Shown one piece after another: positions 1 through 13,565 of a stretch of DNA of 64,000 nucleotides. Source of the stretch: Camelus dromedarius (lineage: Eukaryota); the NCBI RefSeq assembly GCF_036321535.1, contig NC_087437.1:86182001-86246000 (forward strand), read 5' to 3'. The position numbers and the translations under genes are program-made. Each line of letters starts with the position of its first letter. Position 1 is the stretch's first letter. The notes beneath the pieces were generated by a model, which did no database searches, was not told where the DNA came from, and saw only the letters and a list, made by a program, of their open reading frames with translations.

Positions 1-487
1 CAAAGATAGAACCAGTTTCACTACCCCTTGAATCTGGACTAGCCTTATAACTTGCTTTGATCAACAGGAAGTGCCAGAAGAGTCCATGTGCTAGTTCTGA
101 GCTTAGGTTTCAAGAGACTTTGATCTTTTCTATTCCCACCCTTGGAACCTTGCCACCAGTAAGTGAACAAGCTCAAACTAGATGGCTGGGTGGTAAGATA
201 TATCTGACCCAGTCACCTCCATCACCCCAACCAGCAAATAGCACACAGCCAGACATGAATAAGGCTATTCTAGATGAGGCAGCCTCCAGCTGATCTGTCA
301 GATTTCCACAGATGGGTGAGCTAGCCCAGCTGAGATCAGCTGAGCTTGATCTGGATCAGCAGAACTGTCCAGCTGACTCATAGACTAATGAGCAATAATA
401 CAAGTTTACTCCTTTGAGCCATTGAGCTTGGGATGGTTTATTGCAACTGTAATGATATATTGCTGTGGTGACACATAGCTGATATAG
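1..487 (+). mobile_element. MaLR LTR (MLT1 family), cut off at the window start
   Basis: ccccttgaatctggactagccttataacttgctttga...gagccattgagcttgggatggttt...agctgatata, a typical MLT1 body and 3' end. Confidence 0.75.
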
Positions 488-1059
488 GGTAGTGAATAAA
501 GCATCTGCAAATGCATGGGGAACCATGGCTTTCTCTACTAGCAACATGCTACTGCATCTATTTAACTTAAGCTGTATGTATTTCAATGTTAAAAATAGAA
601 TAAATGAAACTTCATGAAAAGAAATGTAAGTTCCACAAGAGCATGGATTTTTTTTTCCCCTATCTTGTTCACTGATATGGCCCAGGCAACAAGAAGAGTG
701 ACTGGAACAAAGCAGATGCTCAAATTTTGAGTTGGTGGTGAAAAAATAAATACATTTAACCAAACATGTATTTGATTCTCTCTGAATCCAGAGTTAAAGC
801 CTCACAAATGGCATTTAAATGGATTTCAAGGAAGTGAGTAGAGTCCAGGAGGAAATTAGAAGAACACCATAGTGATGCTCCAGATACGTTACAGTGAGAT
901 CTTAAACTGGGGTGGTGACAGTAGGAGCAGAAGAGGAAGGACAGACCAATGTGGCCCCACTAAATGGGCTGAGCTTGCCCCAAAAATGTGTGTAGTAACT
1001 CATTCTCTAGAATTCTTTCATCTGTTCGTTTCAAAATATCAATGAAAATGTGATAGAGT

Positions 1060-1925
1060 CTCTAACTTCAAGTATTCACAGTCTAATGATGAAAACATTT
1101 TGGCCACCTCTTCTCTGTGTTACAACCCACGTGGGTAGAGCTTCGACAAAGGTAAATACAGACAGGGCGTGGGGATGCAGCAGGGAAGTTTTCCTGGAAA
1201 AAGGTGATCTGTGACTGAAGCTAAAAGAAATACCCAGATAAAGGATCAGGTGAAAGATGTGTCAGGGAGAAGAAAGCAGTAAACATAAAGATGTGAGGCA
1301 AAAGAGAGCAAGTCCTAGGAATTGTAAATAATTTAGTCTAGCTGGAGTAAACCTTCAGAGAAGAAGTGAGACAAAAGAAGTAATCAGAAATTAGTCCTTA
1401 TTGTAGGCTGTGGTAACCTTTCAGATTCACTGTTAAGCTATGAGGAAACACTGAGAGTTTTAAGCAAAGCAGTGACATAATGAGGTTTAGAATTTAGAAA
1501 GGTCCTCCTGAATGTACTGTGGTGGTGATATGAAGAGGAGCAAGAATGACTGATGTCAAGGAGAACATGCAGGAAACTGCTACAGTGGTCCCAGTGATAC
1601 ATGGTGGGTGACAGAATGGATGTGGTAGCACTGGAGATGATGTACGTAAATAGATTTGACATTTTGGGAAGAAAATATAAGGGAGTAAGGAGTAGATAAG
1701 TAACATTCTGACTTTGGCAACTTGTGGGTGGAAGTGCCAAACATAAAAGGAAAAGATAGAGGAGGCTCCCCAGGCCTTCTCAAAGAGCCTTGGTGACTGC
1801 CTCCCAAATTTCAGAGACTGGAATTAAAACCTTTCCTGGGAAAAAATAAAAGGAGGGGTAACATAGTAAATTCACTCTTTGACATGCTATGTTTGAGATC
1901 ATTTGAATCCTAAGTAGATGTGCAA
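1060..1925 (-). mobile_element. L2 LINE fragment
   Basis: Antisense L2 text (gagagttttaagcaaagcagtgacataatgaggtttagaatttagaaagg...). Confidence 0.7.
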
Positions 1926-2119
1926 AGAGAAGACATCAATTTATTTAGCATTTTGTCTAGTCCTGCAGAGTGCCAGACTGACCCACAATAAGTGATCAAC
2001 AATTCACTCATGAATGAATAAACAAAAAGAAGCTCAGTGGAGAGATCTGGACTTGAATCTAGAAAAAAGAATTAATACTAAATACCCAGGAGAATATATG
2101 CTGTGGGAGTAAGTTAGAT

Positions 2120-2454
2120 CAGTTCTGCTCAAAGTATGGACTGCAGACACAGCTGGCCCTCAAACTGTCACCTGTCCTCAATGGGATAAGTAAAGTTATT
2201 AAAAAGTAAGCATTTGGAAAGTTTTATAGCAATGTAACAAAGTAATTTCATATCCGTTTTATCTAACATAAAGAAATCAGACTCATTTTGTATGTCTTTG
2301 TTTTCTTTTTCTTTCTTTCTTTATTTGAGGAGGGGGTTGGTTTGGTTTGGTTTTTTACCTTTACAAAAAATTTGGTCTGCAATGGATTGGATATGTTAAA
2401 AGCAAAAGAACAAACAAAAATCCTGGTCCATCACTACAGGTAGCTTAAGCACTG
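2120..2454. mobile_element. hAT-Charlie-type nonautonomous DNA transposon
   Basis: Ends cagttctgctcaaa.../...ttaagcactg with a degenerate 8 bp TSD agttagat / aattagac. Confidence 0.65.
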
Positions 2455-2684
2455 AATTAGACCATTTGGATAACATAGTTTTGGCAGTTCCTCTTTGACC
2501 CGTTCTCATCTCCTCCTATTCCTTCTTATCTATTTTTCTGAACACAACTTTATTCCCTCCCTAAGATCTCAGTAAGCTAAATAAACTAAGCTTCTTTAGT
2601 GCATTTTGTGTGTTTATCCAATTTGGCTTCAAAATTGTTCTTACAGCATGGATAAAAGGCATTTCTTTCCCTTGCCTGAGTCCT

Positions 2685-3152
2685 GTAGGAAAAACAACGT
2701 GAAAAAAATAACCCCCTGGCATCATGCCCTGTATAATCCCTATACTTTGAATGTGCAGGACCTATAACTTACACTCTAGCCAAAAGAATATGGTAAGAGT
2801 GATTGAATGTCACTTTCTTGATTAAGAACGATAGATAGATGATAGATCTTCCAGCAAATTCACTTTGACACCGGCACCATAAATTCTAAAACTATCAAAA
2901 AAAAAAAAAAAAAAAAAGAATGGTAACAACAACCTGTGAGAGCTTAGAAGTGGATCATTTCCCTGTTGAGTCTTCAGATATGACCTCACTTTCAGTCAGC
3001 AGCTTTACCGTAGCCTTATGAGACCCCCAAGGAGAGGATCCAGTTAAGCTAGACCTGAAATCCTAACCAAGAGAAAATGTAAAATAACAAATGTATTTTG
3101 TTTTAAGCTGCTAAATTTGTGGTAATTTGGTCTGCAGCATAGCAGAAAGTAC
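2685..3152 (+). mobile_element. MaLR LTR (MLT1E/F-like)
   Basis: 3' end ...tgttttaagctgctaaatttgtggtaatttg...gcagcatag...aca. Confidence 0.75.
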
Positions 3153-4419
3153 AACTGGGATAGCTTCTTGGATTCAAGTAAAGAGAAACTTGAGAAAATC
3201 GGGCACTGGTGATGTATTTCTATCACTCAAGACATGAGAAAAATTAAAACACTGAGGAGGAATAAAAATTATTTTTCGATGGAATGAAAAAGTTTCAGAA
3301 ATGAGGGAAAAACTCATAAAAAAGAGAACTGAAAACCAAGTCAAATGCTTAAGAGATGTCAAGAAGAGGAAGTATGAAAGGTCATTATATTTCATAAGAA
3401 AATGGAAAATGGTCACTGGGGACTTTTGAGAGAGTTGCTACACTAGACTATGGAACTTCAAAACCAGTACTGTAAGGAACTGGTATGGGGATGAATAGTG
3501 CAAATCTGGACATAATGAATATAGCTAAATAGAGCACTTTTAGAAGTTAAAGACAGAAGAGATGTCTAACAAACTGGGTGATGCAGAATGCAGGGTTAAG
3601 GAATGTATATTTCAACATGGTAAAGTAAGGATGAGAGCAAAACACTAACGATGCTTGAGGGAGAGGTGATTAGGGCACGATAGCGGGGCTCAAGTGGAAG
3701 CGCTGGTCCTAAAGAAAGGCACTTTTTACTCTCAGACTCTTAAAAAGAGAGAGAGTGATAAAGAACGTGTAAAAGGGAAAGGAGATTTTAAAAAGCTCAC
3801 ACAAAACTGTCTCTTAAATTCTTGGTAAAGAAGGGAAGTTGTCCACTTCAAAACGAGAGGGAAGGACTGGACCCTGAATTGGAAGAGAAGTGAAGGCTTG
3901 GAATAGCTCTTGTACAGACTGTGTTAGAGGATCAACAAGAGATTAATGAAAGGATTAAGAAGCAATTAAAGTCAGACAGCGTGAATTGGTAGTAGGCCAA
4001 GTCTGTAGAGTTGTGCTTGAAATCTGTCACTGATGCTGAGTAACAGCTAGTAGAGAAGCGGGATTGATGGCAGATCAGTGGCTCATAGAAAGCACAGCAT
4101 ACGTCACCAAGGATGAGACCTGCATACACTACTCGACTCAAAAAGGACAGCCAGAAGATGGAGACTTTAACAACAGGTGGCGAATGTGCTTTCAGCCAGC
4201 TATGACATTGGTAATTTTTAAAAATTCAACCACTGGAAAGCAGAAAATACCCTGAACTGTTTTAATCAAAGCCATTTTTGCCTTCTCCTTAATAGCCAAG
4301 CTGACTTCCTTAGACCAGCCCTTTTTATTCCCCAGTTCCTTGTGTATTTTATTTTAAAATATGCATAAGGAATTGTCATCTCCTTAAAATGTTTTAAACG
4401 AAGCAGTGGGGTCTACTAG

Positions 4420-4620
4420 GAATTTTTATGTAGAGCTTAGTATCCTGACTCTGTAATTTAACTAGTTGCACGGAGAAAGCTATTTCATCTCTGTGCCTTA
4501 AATTCCTTATCCTCATAAGTGGGGATAATAATCTCTAACTCTAAAGTAGATGTGATAATCAAGTGAGATAATTCACTTATTGCTACCATGGCATGTATAA
4601 TGGATTTCTAAATAATGTTA
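4420..4620 (+). mobile_element. MIR SINE
   Basis: MIR core catctctgtgccttaaattccttatcctcataagtggggataataat. Confidence 0.65.
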
Positions 4621-4819
4621 TTTAAATTTTTTCATAGAAGCAAAGCAATTCCATATATTATTTTATTTCTAGAACAAGCCAATAAAAAATACTGAGAAAA
4701 TTTAGAAAAGACAGAAAAGTAGAAAAGAAAGAGGTAAAGTGATCAAAAATCCATTATCCAAGCATTAAAGCTTTTAATATTTTAGTACCAAGTATAAAAT
4801 TTTATAAATAGAGAGAGAG

Positions 4820-4970
4820 TTTTGAGGCCATAAAGTTCAATCCTTGCATTTTACAGATGAGAAAATTGAGGCCCAGAGAATACAGCTGGCTTTTCTAAGA
4901 GTACAAAGCTTCTTAGCTACAGAGTCAGGGCTAGAAATGAGGTCTTCCATCTCCATTGCCTTTCCACTCA
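4820..4970 (-). mobile_element. MIR SINE
   Basis: cattttacagatgagaaaattgaggcccagaga. Confidence 0.75.
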
Positions 4971-5897
4971 CTGTAATGAGAGAGATAAAAATATTGCACT
5001 GTCAACAACGAACATTTGTTGGGTCCACATATTCTCAGGGCACTCACTACTCTGGGTGCATAATCATTATTTGTTATAATTTCACACCTATTAAGAAACC
5101 AATCAAAAGTGTGCATGTAGATCAGCAAAAAAGACAATCTTTCTAAATAAAATGGAAAAAACACCTTATATCTATGCCTGCCGCATAAACTGTACAAAAT
5201 TCATTTCCTCCAGTAACATAGTTTGCAAAAAGTCTATTTTCGCAAGAGAAAAACATCAATTTTTCAACTATCCTTGATATCAAAGAAAGCATGATGGCTG
5301 TAAGTCATCCACTTTGTAAGCTCTTACAGCTCAGTCCCAAGGGCTCTTGTTCCTTATCAACAGGCCTAAGTGATGCAAGTTAGCCCACTGAAAGTTTAAA
5401 AAAATATTTTCCCCGATTGTTATGGACCTTCAGCCTAGCCCACAGACTTAATACTTAGCCTGCAGTGTGGTAAGGCTCAAACTAGCTTTTTGTGGTGAAC
5501 AAGTGAAAAAAACAAAAACAAAAACAAAAAAACAAGGAGATAGAGTGACATCAAAATGATGTTCCCTAGAGGTTCATGATTGAGTTCAATTTGCAGATGA
5601 TAATTTAGCAAAGATATAACTACAGCATACGCTCTTGTAATGATTTAGATATTAGTCCCCAAAATCTTGTTTGCATAATTTAAGACAGGTATTTATAAAA
5701 AAAAAAAAAAGAAGAATACTTCTGTCTGCTCTTTTTAAAACAGTAAGAAGTCTAGGATTATTAACTGGACAAATACTACCCAGGCCACTAGCCTAGGAGT
5801 ATCCTTCTTGTTCAAAGTATGTTTATGGAGTGTGTGCACATGTGTGTATTGTGTGTATGGTGAAAGCAAAGAGTGAATTTTGGTCAGCGTAAGAGAA

Positions 5898-6815
5898 TTT
5901 TCATTTAGTTTAATAAACACTTACTATCTGCCTACTGTGTGCCAGTTATTTTAGGCACCTGAGGATACAAAACTAAGCTAGTCCCAAGCCCTAGCATCTA
6001 GAATTCCATAATCTTCCGAGGAAAGCAAACATATAAACAGATCATTCCAGTAAGTTAAATTAGAGGTGTAATGAGGGCTGTCTTTGGAGCACAGATGTGA
6101 AGGAGGAGTGGGCAGAACTTAGCTTCATCTTTGGTTCAGGATTCCTGAAGAAGATGACTAATGTACCAGAGAGGATGACTAAATTAGCAAGGTGCTAAAT
6201 GATGAGAAAGACATCCAGGTACAAACAAAGATCTTAAGCATTAGCCAGTATGGTGTGTTCTGAGAACCACAAGCTACTAGGTATTATTAAAACAATAAAG
6301 TTCAAAGCGGAGCATAGGAAAAGATAAGGATTAACAAGTAAGTATGGCCAGATATTGGATTCACGTACTATGCTGAGTAGCTGAAGAGCCTGCGCTTGAT
6401 TCTGTAGGTCACAAGGAGCTAATCACAGCAAGAATGTGTAGTAGAAAGTTCACTCTGGGCAGTGTGGGGGGAAGAACTTAAAAGGGACTGAATGAGAAGG
6501 ATAGAACCAACTAGAAGCATCCAGATGAAATATGGTGAGGATCTGATGCAGGACAATGGCAGTGTGCGTAAAAGGAGTTAACAGATGAACGAATGACTGA
6601 AGAGATGAGCCTGGAGGGACCTGTGATGTGTCTGAGGAGAAGGAAGAGTCCAGGATGGTGTCATGGTTTTTGGCATGCATGCCTTGATGTGATTACCTAT
6701 GATTATGAAGACAAGAAAAAGCAGGGTAAGAGGAAAGAAAATGAAATCAATTGGGAACTTGTGGAAAGTAAGGTGCCTGTGAAACTTCAAGATGAATGGC
6801 TTGGCAGATGGAGAT
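5898..6815 (-). mobile_element. L2 LINE 3' portion
   Basis: Antisense L2 tail ttcatttagtttaataaacacttactatctgcctactgtgtgccag followed by L2 body. Confidence 0.75.
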
Positions 6816-7479
6816 TATATGAGAATGATGTTCTGGGGGTTTTTTTTAATGGCCATCTTCCTCCTGTTCTGGTAGCTTGTGGCAACTCTTCCTGGTTACC
6901 TGCCCTTTGAAGAGTTAACCCCAAGAGTCCAAGCAGAAGCATATCCCCTTTGCACCTGATGTGTTCCCTCCTAAGAAGCCTCTGCCACCTTAGATAGAAA
7001 GCTGGACTCTCCGACAGGGACCAAGAGAAGACAACAGAATTGGGTTTCAGATAAAACTGTAGTGCCTCACAGGCCCACTCCCACATCCAGACAATTACTT
7101 CTGTCTCTGTGTTTCCACTGACCATGTGGGACATCTTCAGGTGGTGAGTCAATGGGGTGGCCTACCATGCCCTTAATCTCAGCACATCTTGGAGTGTCTC
7201 CTATTTTACCATCTCGCTGTCGCATAGCAGAATCCCTCCCAATGGAACTGAACTACTCAAGATGACATTCATGTCTAATTTGCATCTCCCAGAAACCCAC
7301 CTTTCCTCCTCCCACCTCTGCCTGTTTCACTACCCCAGACCAGTCAGCTCATTTGGTTTTGCATTTCACTCACATGAAGGAGCCTAGATAATAGGTTTTA
7401 TTTCATAACAGATTTTATTTTTCTCCTCCCATCTTACAGACTTTGCAGCCCACTTTGTAAACTCAAAGGCTTTTTATGT

Positions 7480-7650
7480 GTGGCAATGTAATACAGTGGA
7501 CCTGGATTTGACTACCAACTCAATCATTATTGAACCTTAGTTTCCTTATCTGTAAAATGGAGGTTAAAATACTTTCTTTTCAAGATTGTTGTAAAAGTTC
7601 AATGAGGAACATGTTAAAGGGTCTGGCGTGTGGTAGGCAGACAATAGACA
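7480..7650 (+). mobile_element. MIR SINE
   Basis: ccttagtttccttatctgtaaaatggagg. Confidence 0.7.
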
Positions 7651-8369
7651 TTCTTTCCCTTCCTGCCCCATCTTTTTAATTCTCTCTCATCTCTTCTTCA
7701 TAGTGCATTTCATTTTTGTTCTTCTGCTTTTGCATTTTCTAGAATTTTATTCCCCTCATTGAGTTCTCTAGCTTCCCTTCTGTCCCCTTAGTACTTCCTC
7801 TCTGATTTCATACCCCTAGTGGAGAGATCTGGTAGAGACATCAAGAGAAACCCAGATGGTAAAACAGTATCACTGTTTTCTTCTCTATCTCTGATTTCTT
7901 TCTAAAATAAAATCTCCATGAGCAGAACTTGTCTATTCTTGACTTATTTCTATAGCTAAGTGGCCATCAAATCGGTACTTAGTAAGCTTTTCTAAATCAT
8001 TGCTGATGTGTAGCTCAGTAGATTAAATATAAGTGAGGCTCCTTTTTCTCCACCAATTCTCTATGTTGCTCCTCTTGTTTCCACACAGAAGTACTCTGCT
8101 TATTAGCACCTGTGTTTCTTGTCCCGGTGTCCTGATACTGTCTCTATAACAAAAGGTTGCAGGTTCCTTTCTGCATTAATATCAAGCCTGTGGTTATGCA
8201 GTTCACTCCACAAATTAAATTACGTAGATTCATAAGATCTCAAGTCTCGTAAGTTGTTTGTTGTTTCTTTAACCATGCTTGAAATGAAAGAGATATTTCG
8301 TATGCTATTTAATTAAAGAATTAAGGAAGCAGCAGTCTCCCCCACAGGTAAAACTCTCCCTGCAAATTC

Positions 8370-8940
8370 AGAGTTTTTGGTTGCATCAAATACACTTTCT
8401 GCTTCAATTAACAGAAACTTGACCAAAAGTGGCTGAAAATTTTATCTCTTATTTTCAAAGTCCAGAGGTAGACTTCATTTGCAGTCAATTCAGTGGGTCA
8501 GCCTTGTCATTAAAGACCCAGGCATTTGACATTGGTCTAACTGCCGTCTCTAGCATGTCCACAATCCACCCCTCATGGTTGTAGGGCTGGGCATCATTTA
8601 CCAGCAAGACTATGTTTAGTAAAGAACAGAGGCTTACTTCCTGTGTATTCCTTTTGATGAGGGAGAAGATCTTTCCAGGAGCGCCCCAGCAGAGTTCCTC
8701 CAGGTCCCACTCACCAGGATTGGATCACATGCTCATGGGAACCAATCATCAGCAAGAGGTGTGGGCACCACGCTTGTCCTAGACTTATCCTGCCTCAGAA
8801 AGATGACTCAGCCCCTAGGGCAGGGCAGGGACCCATTTGTGAACACAGAGCTCTGTGGAGGCACCAGAACAAAACTTGGTATGTATCAGCACGACCAAAA
8901 GGAGAGAAATGGCTGTTGAAGTTGCAGCCATCAGTGTCCT
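8370..8940 (-). mobile_element. Old MaLR LTR (MLT1J/K/L-like)
   Basis: ggttgcat...taacagaaacttgaccaaaagtggctg...ccccagcagagttcctccaggtcccactcaccaggattggatcacatg. Confidence 0.65.
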
Positions 8941-8974
8941 TCCCCAGTCACAGAAAATATCAGTAAGTACTATG

Positions 8975-9122
8975 GCCTGCATAATGCTACAGAGATCAAG
9001 GTGCCTGGAGCACAAAATTTAATAAGGCATTCACTGTCCACACTGGCACAGTCTTGAGAGTAGACGCTTTCTTAAATTTTGTGTCCTAGGTATTTTGCTG
9101 GCTTCACCCTATCCTGGCACTG
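8975..9122. mobile_element. MER91-like palindromic hAT-Tip100 element
   Basis: Internal inverted arms gcacaaaatttaa...gcattcact / gagtagacgctttcttaaattttgtgtcctagg, ending caccctatcctggcactg. Confidence 0.7.
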
Positions 9123-9517
9123 GCTGTCCTATGATGTAAGATCAACAAGTACATTTATTTAATTTTAAGGTATATTAGGAAACCCACTTGGCCCACAAAT
9201 ATCTCAACTGACTTCTCAAGTTCTATCACGAGCAGTTTATTCCTTTGTGTAAAGCTTTGCCTTCTCTCTGTGATACACTTTTCTACACTAAAATGCCTCT
9301 AAAGAGGGAGATTATTATACTGTGCCATTCTTTCCTCATAACAGAAGATAAATGGTTTGGAATCAAACCAGTAGGTTATTTGCAATCAATATTTGTGTTA
9401 GACTTGGGATGATTGAAACAACTTCTCTAGGATCTCAATGAGAGAATGTAACACTGAGAGACACTTGGCAAAGGTTAGGAAGAAATGTACTCCAGCAGAA
9501 TACCTTCACCTCACAGC

Positions 9518-9586
9518 AGGGCTGGGCATCACTGATCAACAAGACCATGTTTAGCAAAGAACAGAGGCTTCCTTCCTGTATATTCC
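9518..9586 (+). repeat. 69 bp direct duplicate of 8583-8651
   Basis: 61/69 identical without gaps; copies are 935 bp apart. Confidence 0.9.
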
Positions 9587-9644
9587 ACAAACTTTGAGGA
9601 CAATATCACTAGAAAGGGATGAAGTAGGAGGGTAAAGGGAACAG

Positions 9645-10110
9645 TATTGTTAAGTGGTTAGCTTTTGCTGCAGAACAAACCATCATACAAAATAGAGGCT
9701 TAAAACAATAAACATATATGATTACTCTGGAATCTCTGTGTCAGCAGGGGAGGTTATGCTAATTTGGGACAGACTCAACTCATATCCCTTTGGCTCACTC
9801 ATGTGTGGTTTGGACAGGAGGTGCATGGTGGTCTCACTGTCATGGGCCACGTGTCTTTCATTACCCAGCAGGCAAGCCCAGACTTTCTAATGTGGGGTTT
9901 TCCAGCTTTCAAAAAGAACATGGTAGCAAACTCCCAAGTGCGAGTGCTTTTCAAGGTCCTGCTTGTATCATTTTGCTTGTGCCCCATTCGTCAAAGCAAA
10001 TCACACTGTCAAGCTGAGAACTGGAGTGAAGGGTGGAAACAGGCAGGCACTAATAGGGTATAGAAAGGAAGGTGTGTGTGGATACTTATGGCCATTTTTG
10101 CAATATAACA
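9645..10110 (-). mobile_element. MaLR LTR (MLT1H/I-like)
   Basis: ttagcttttgctgcagaacaaacc...ggcttaaaacaataaacat...ggccatttttgcaatataacaca. Confidence 0.7.
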
Positions 10111-11238
10111 CAGGAGGGTACTTATTTGGAAACATCTGTAAGAAATCTACTGCAGGATTCCAGAAATTGTTGGGAGGGTTGGTGTAGATGTAGATGAATC
10201 AGAGGAAACCCCATTACATAAAGAGTGTGTTATTCAGAGTAGTTGCTTTAAAAGGAAACAGAAAGCTGCCATCATGGTGAATGCTGGCAGCATCCATCTA
10301 AGTATTGCCCAGGTGAAGGGACACCCAGAAAACCCAAAAAGACCTTCTTGTCTCTACATATCTCCACTTCTGGAGATGGAGGTAGCAGGTTATTTTAATC
10401 ACAGCCATCTTTGCTCTAGTTAGCTGCTCATAAAGCAGACTCCCTGTGCTTTAATTTTGTATGTATTTGGCCCATAGAAAGAACAACAAAAAAACTTGAA
10501 GACTTGGTCTACTTAATATTTATATTCTTCTTTGAATATTACTACATTTGTATTCTGGCTTATATACCTCAGTATTATATGAGGCTTTAACAGTACCTAA
10601 GGCTTTATTTCCAAAACAAATCACCTTTTCATATCAAATTGTGACATGAAGTATTATTTATAAAATATAATTTATGTTTATCACTACTTCACTAGATCTT
10701 ATTTATTGAGTTAACAAAAGCATATATAACCATAGCACAAATTAGTTATAATTTTATTATGATATTTTAATGTATTTTTCATTATAGACAATCACTGGCA
10801 AGTATATTTTATTTTATGCTTTTAAAAAATTATTCTGAAAAGAGATCCTTGAACTTCATAAGATTGCAGAGGTAAAAAGGGCTTTAAAAAGGTTAACATC
10901 CTGAGTTACCATGAGCTGGTCTCATCTAGTCTAATAAAATCTAAAGCACTGGTAAGTGTTATTAGACTTGCAAAGCCAAGAAGCAGATCCTAAACCAAGT
11001 GAAATTATCAAGGATATGTCACTCTTTGTACTGTACTATTACGTACATGTCCTACCACACTTGGTAGTAAACTAGAGATGCTAGGGATGATTGTTAAAAT
11101 GAGAGAGCTGGACTGGACAGTCTCTAAAGGCCATTTCAGTCTAACATTCCACAATTTTATAACTTTCTCTCCTACCTCAAGCCCTGAACACAGTCATTCC
11201 ATAATTAAATGGAAAAACTTATATTCAGCTGTCTAGAG

Positions 11239-11558
11239 TGGGATCACAGACTACCATCCATGGGTTCACTGACTGTTTTTGTCCTGCTTGTGAGCTAAGA
11301 ATGTTCTCTACATTTTTAGTGGTTGCAAAAATCAAAAGAAGGATAATATCTTATTGCACTTCAGAATTACATGAAATTCAAATTTTAATACCAATAAATT
11401 AAGCTTCAGTGTAGCACAACCACGTCCATTCATTTACTTAACGTCTATGGCTGCTTTTGGTGCCACACCAGCAAAGTTGAGGAGATGAGACCATATGGCT
11501 CGCATAGCCTAAGATATTTACTACTTGGCCCTTTACAGAAAAATATTGCCAGTCTCTG
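11239..11558 (+). mobile_element. MER58B (hAT-Charlie)
   Basis: gagctaagaatg...gtctatggctgctttt...gcctaagatatttactacttggccctttacagaaaaa. Degenerate 8 bp TSD gtctagag / ttctggag. Confidence 0.85.
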
Positions 11559-13565
11559 TTCTGGAGGAAGGAAATTGAGTGTCTGATCTTCTGCTTCTCC
11601 TTTCCCATTAATGTCCCATCCTTTTTCTAAATGTCCCTTCCCAGATTAACCAGATCTAAAGTAACTTGCTCTGCTCCCTACCTCTGCTGCTGTGTGGAGA
11701 GGTTTTAGTGTATGTTCCACTTCACAAGTAGCATGTCAGGCAAATCATGCCTATAATTCATATTTTAAATGAGTTAATTATTTAAGTGCTCAATCTTTTA
11801 GCCCGTCTATCTGCCAGCATTACAACGAGGAAATGAATAAACATGAGGGCATTTCATACTCCTCCCCCTATCATTCATTAAAAACATTTCGGAGACTCAT
11901 TAGTCAGGAGCTTAAGCAGCCTTTATAGTAGGCTGATAAGATGCCAGACATTACTCTCCAAACTACATGAGTATCACCTAAATGGAGGGAGTAAAATTCC
12001 TATCAGCTCAGTAGAAATTAACTGTGACTCAGCCTCTCACTGCCTTTCTCTAGCTCTTCAGGAAAATCTAATTCCATCTCTGTGATTTATTTAAATTGCT
12101 GGAAAAAATGGTTAAGCGAATAAAGCACTTGGATGCATAAAATGATGTGTCACTTGCATACCATGGAGTGCTTTCTGTTCTATCGTCAGGAAATGAAAAA
12201 GAGTAAGAAAAAATGGGCAGTCTTTAAAAGGATTTTAAATCAGAGCACTGCATGCCCCAACTCTCTCATGACTTCTAAAAGCCTGTGGTGTACTTTCCCC
12301 TTTTATGGCATTAAGATGGCAAAAGTATTCTCGTGCTTTAAATTCACTTTCCAAAACACGTTGTCAGTTTTAAACAGCTATGCCTCTTGAGTAACTTGGA
12401 CTGAAAGGCACACAATCCTCCGCATCTTACTCTCATCCCACTGCTGGTTCTCCCACTCGTCACACAATGCACACATTGTAGCAATACGGTGGGCAGTGAC
12501 CTTAACAAAAGTCTCTTGGGTCCAGAAGCTCTGGGTGGCATTTTATGACAATTAGTTTTTATGGCCTCTTGAAATTTTTCTGGTCACATCTGGTTGTTGT
12601 GCTCATTTAGGGGCTTATTAAAAAGAGCACTGTATTTCAATAAAGGATAAATTACTTGAGAGAGGTAATGAGGAAGGGGTTTGTGCTTCCATTTTTTAAC
12701 AAAATGCCATGGTCTGATGAATTAAAATGAGTGCCTTTTGAATGCTTATAGTTTTCGCACTTACTCTTAATGTTGCAAATCCCCTGAGTTCAGCCTATGT
12801 GCCCAGCGCCAGTGTGGCATCTGTTAGCAAAGGCAGAACAGATTTATTTGTAGACTCCTGATGGCTACTTCAAGTTCCAAGGGTTGAAAATGTATGCCTA
12901 GTGGGGCAAAGTGTTTATTTTGGCAGAGAAGGGGAAGGACAGCGGAGTGGGGCCAATAGGAACAGAAAAGCATGATGGAGCCTTGTGCTGCCACTTAAAG
13001 TCTGCCTACCTCCTACAAATGTGAAGTACTTCCAATGAAAAATAATGAGCTCTCTCATTAAAAAGGAATAGTTTGTAAAGTAAAATTTCAAAGCATAATT
13101 AATGAGCTTGTGAAAACTGCCAGGAAAACAGGAGCTTAAATGTCAATGTTGAGAGTTATACAAGTTTACATGTGGCAAGAGATATTTGCTGGCAAGGTCT
13201 GGAGCCTTACCCAAAAGCTCAAACTGTCTTTTCTTTTATGAAAGCATTTTGCTATATCCTTTACCACCTATTATTGATCATGTCCCCCTTGAATTTATAC
13301 ACTAGCACATTTTAATTAAAGCCTTAAAAAAAATACCTAGACTGTCAAAATGTTCTTTTGTGAGAGCCAATCACCGTATGTATGCCCTAGAGTAGAATCA
13401 GGTAATTTTCTAATCCAGATCTTTGAACACAGGGTTACTTAGTGAAATAGGATATTTGAAATCAGTATTGTTCCAGAAAATCCAGGATGTTTGGCTTCCA
13501 TAAGGAAAAATTAAATGTAATATTGTAAGTGCCTTTATTCTTAGTGTAGTAAACCATGGTAGTTA

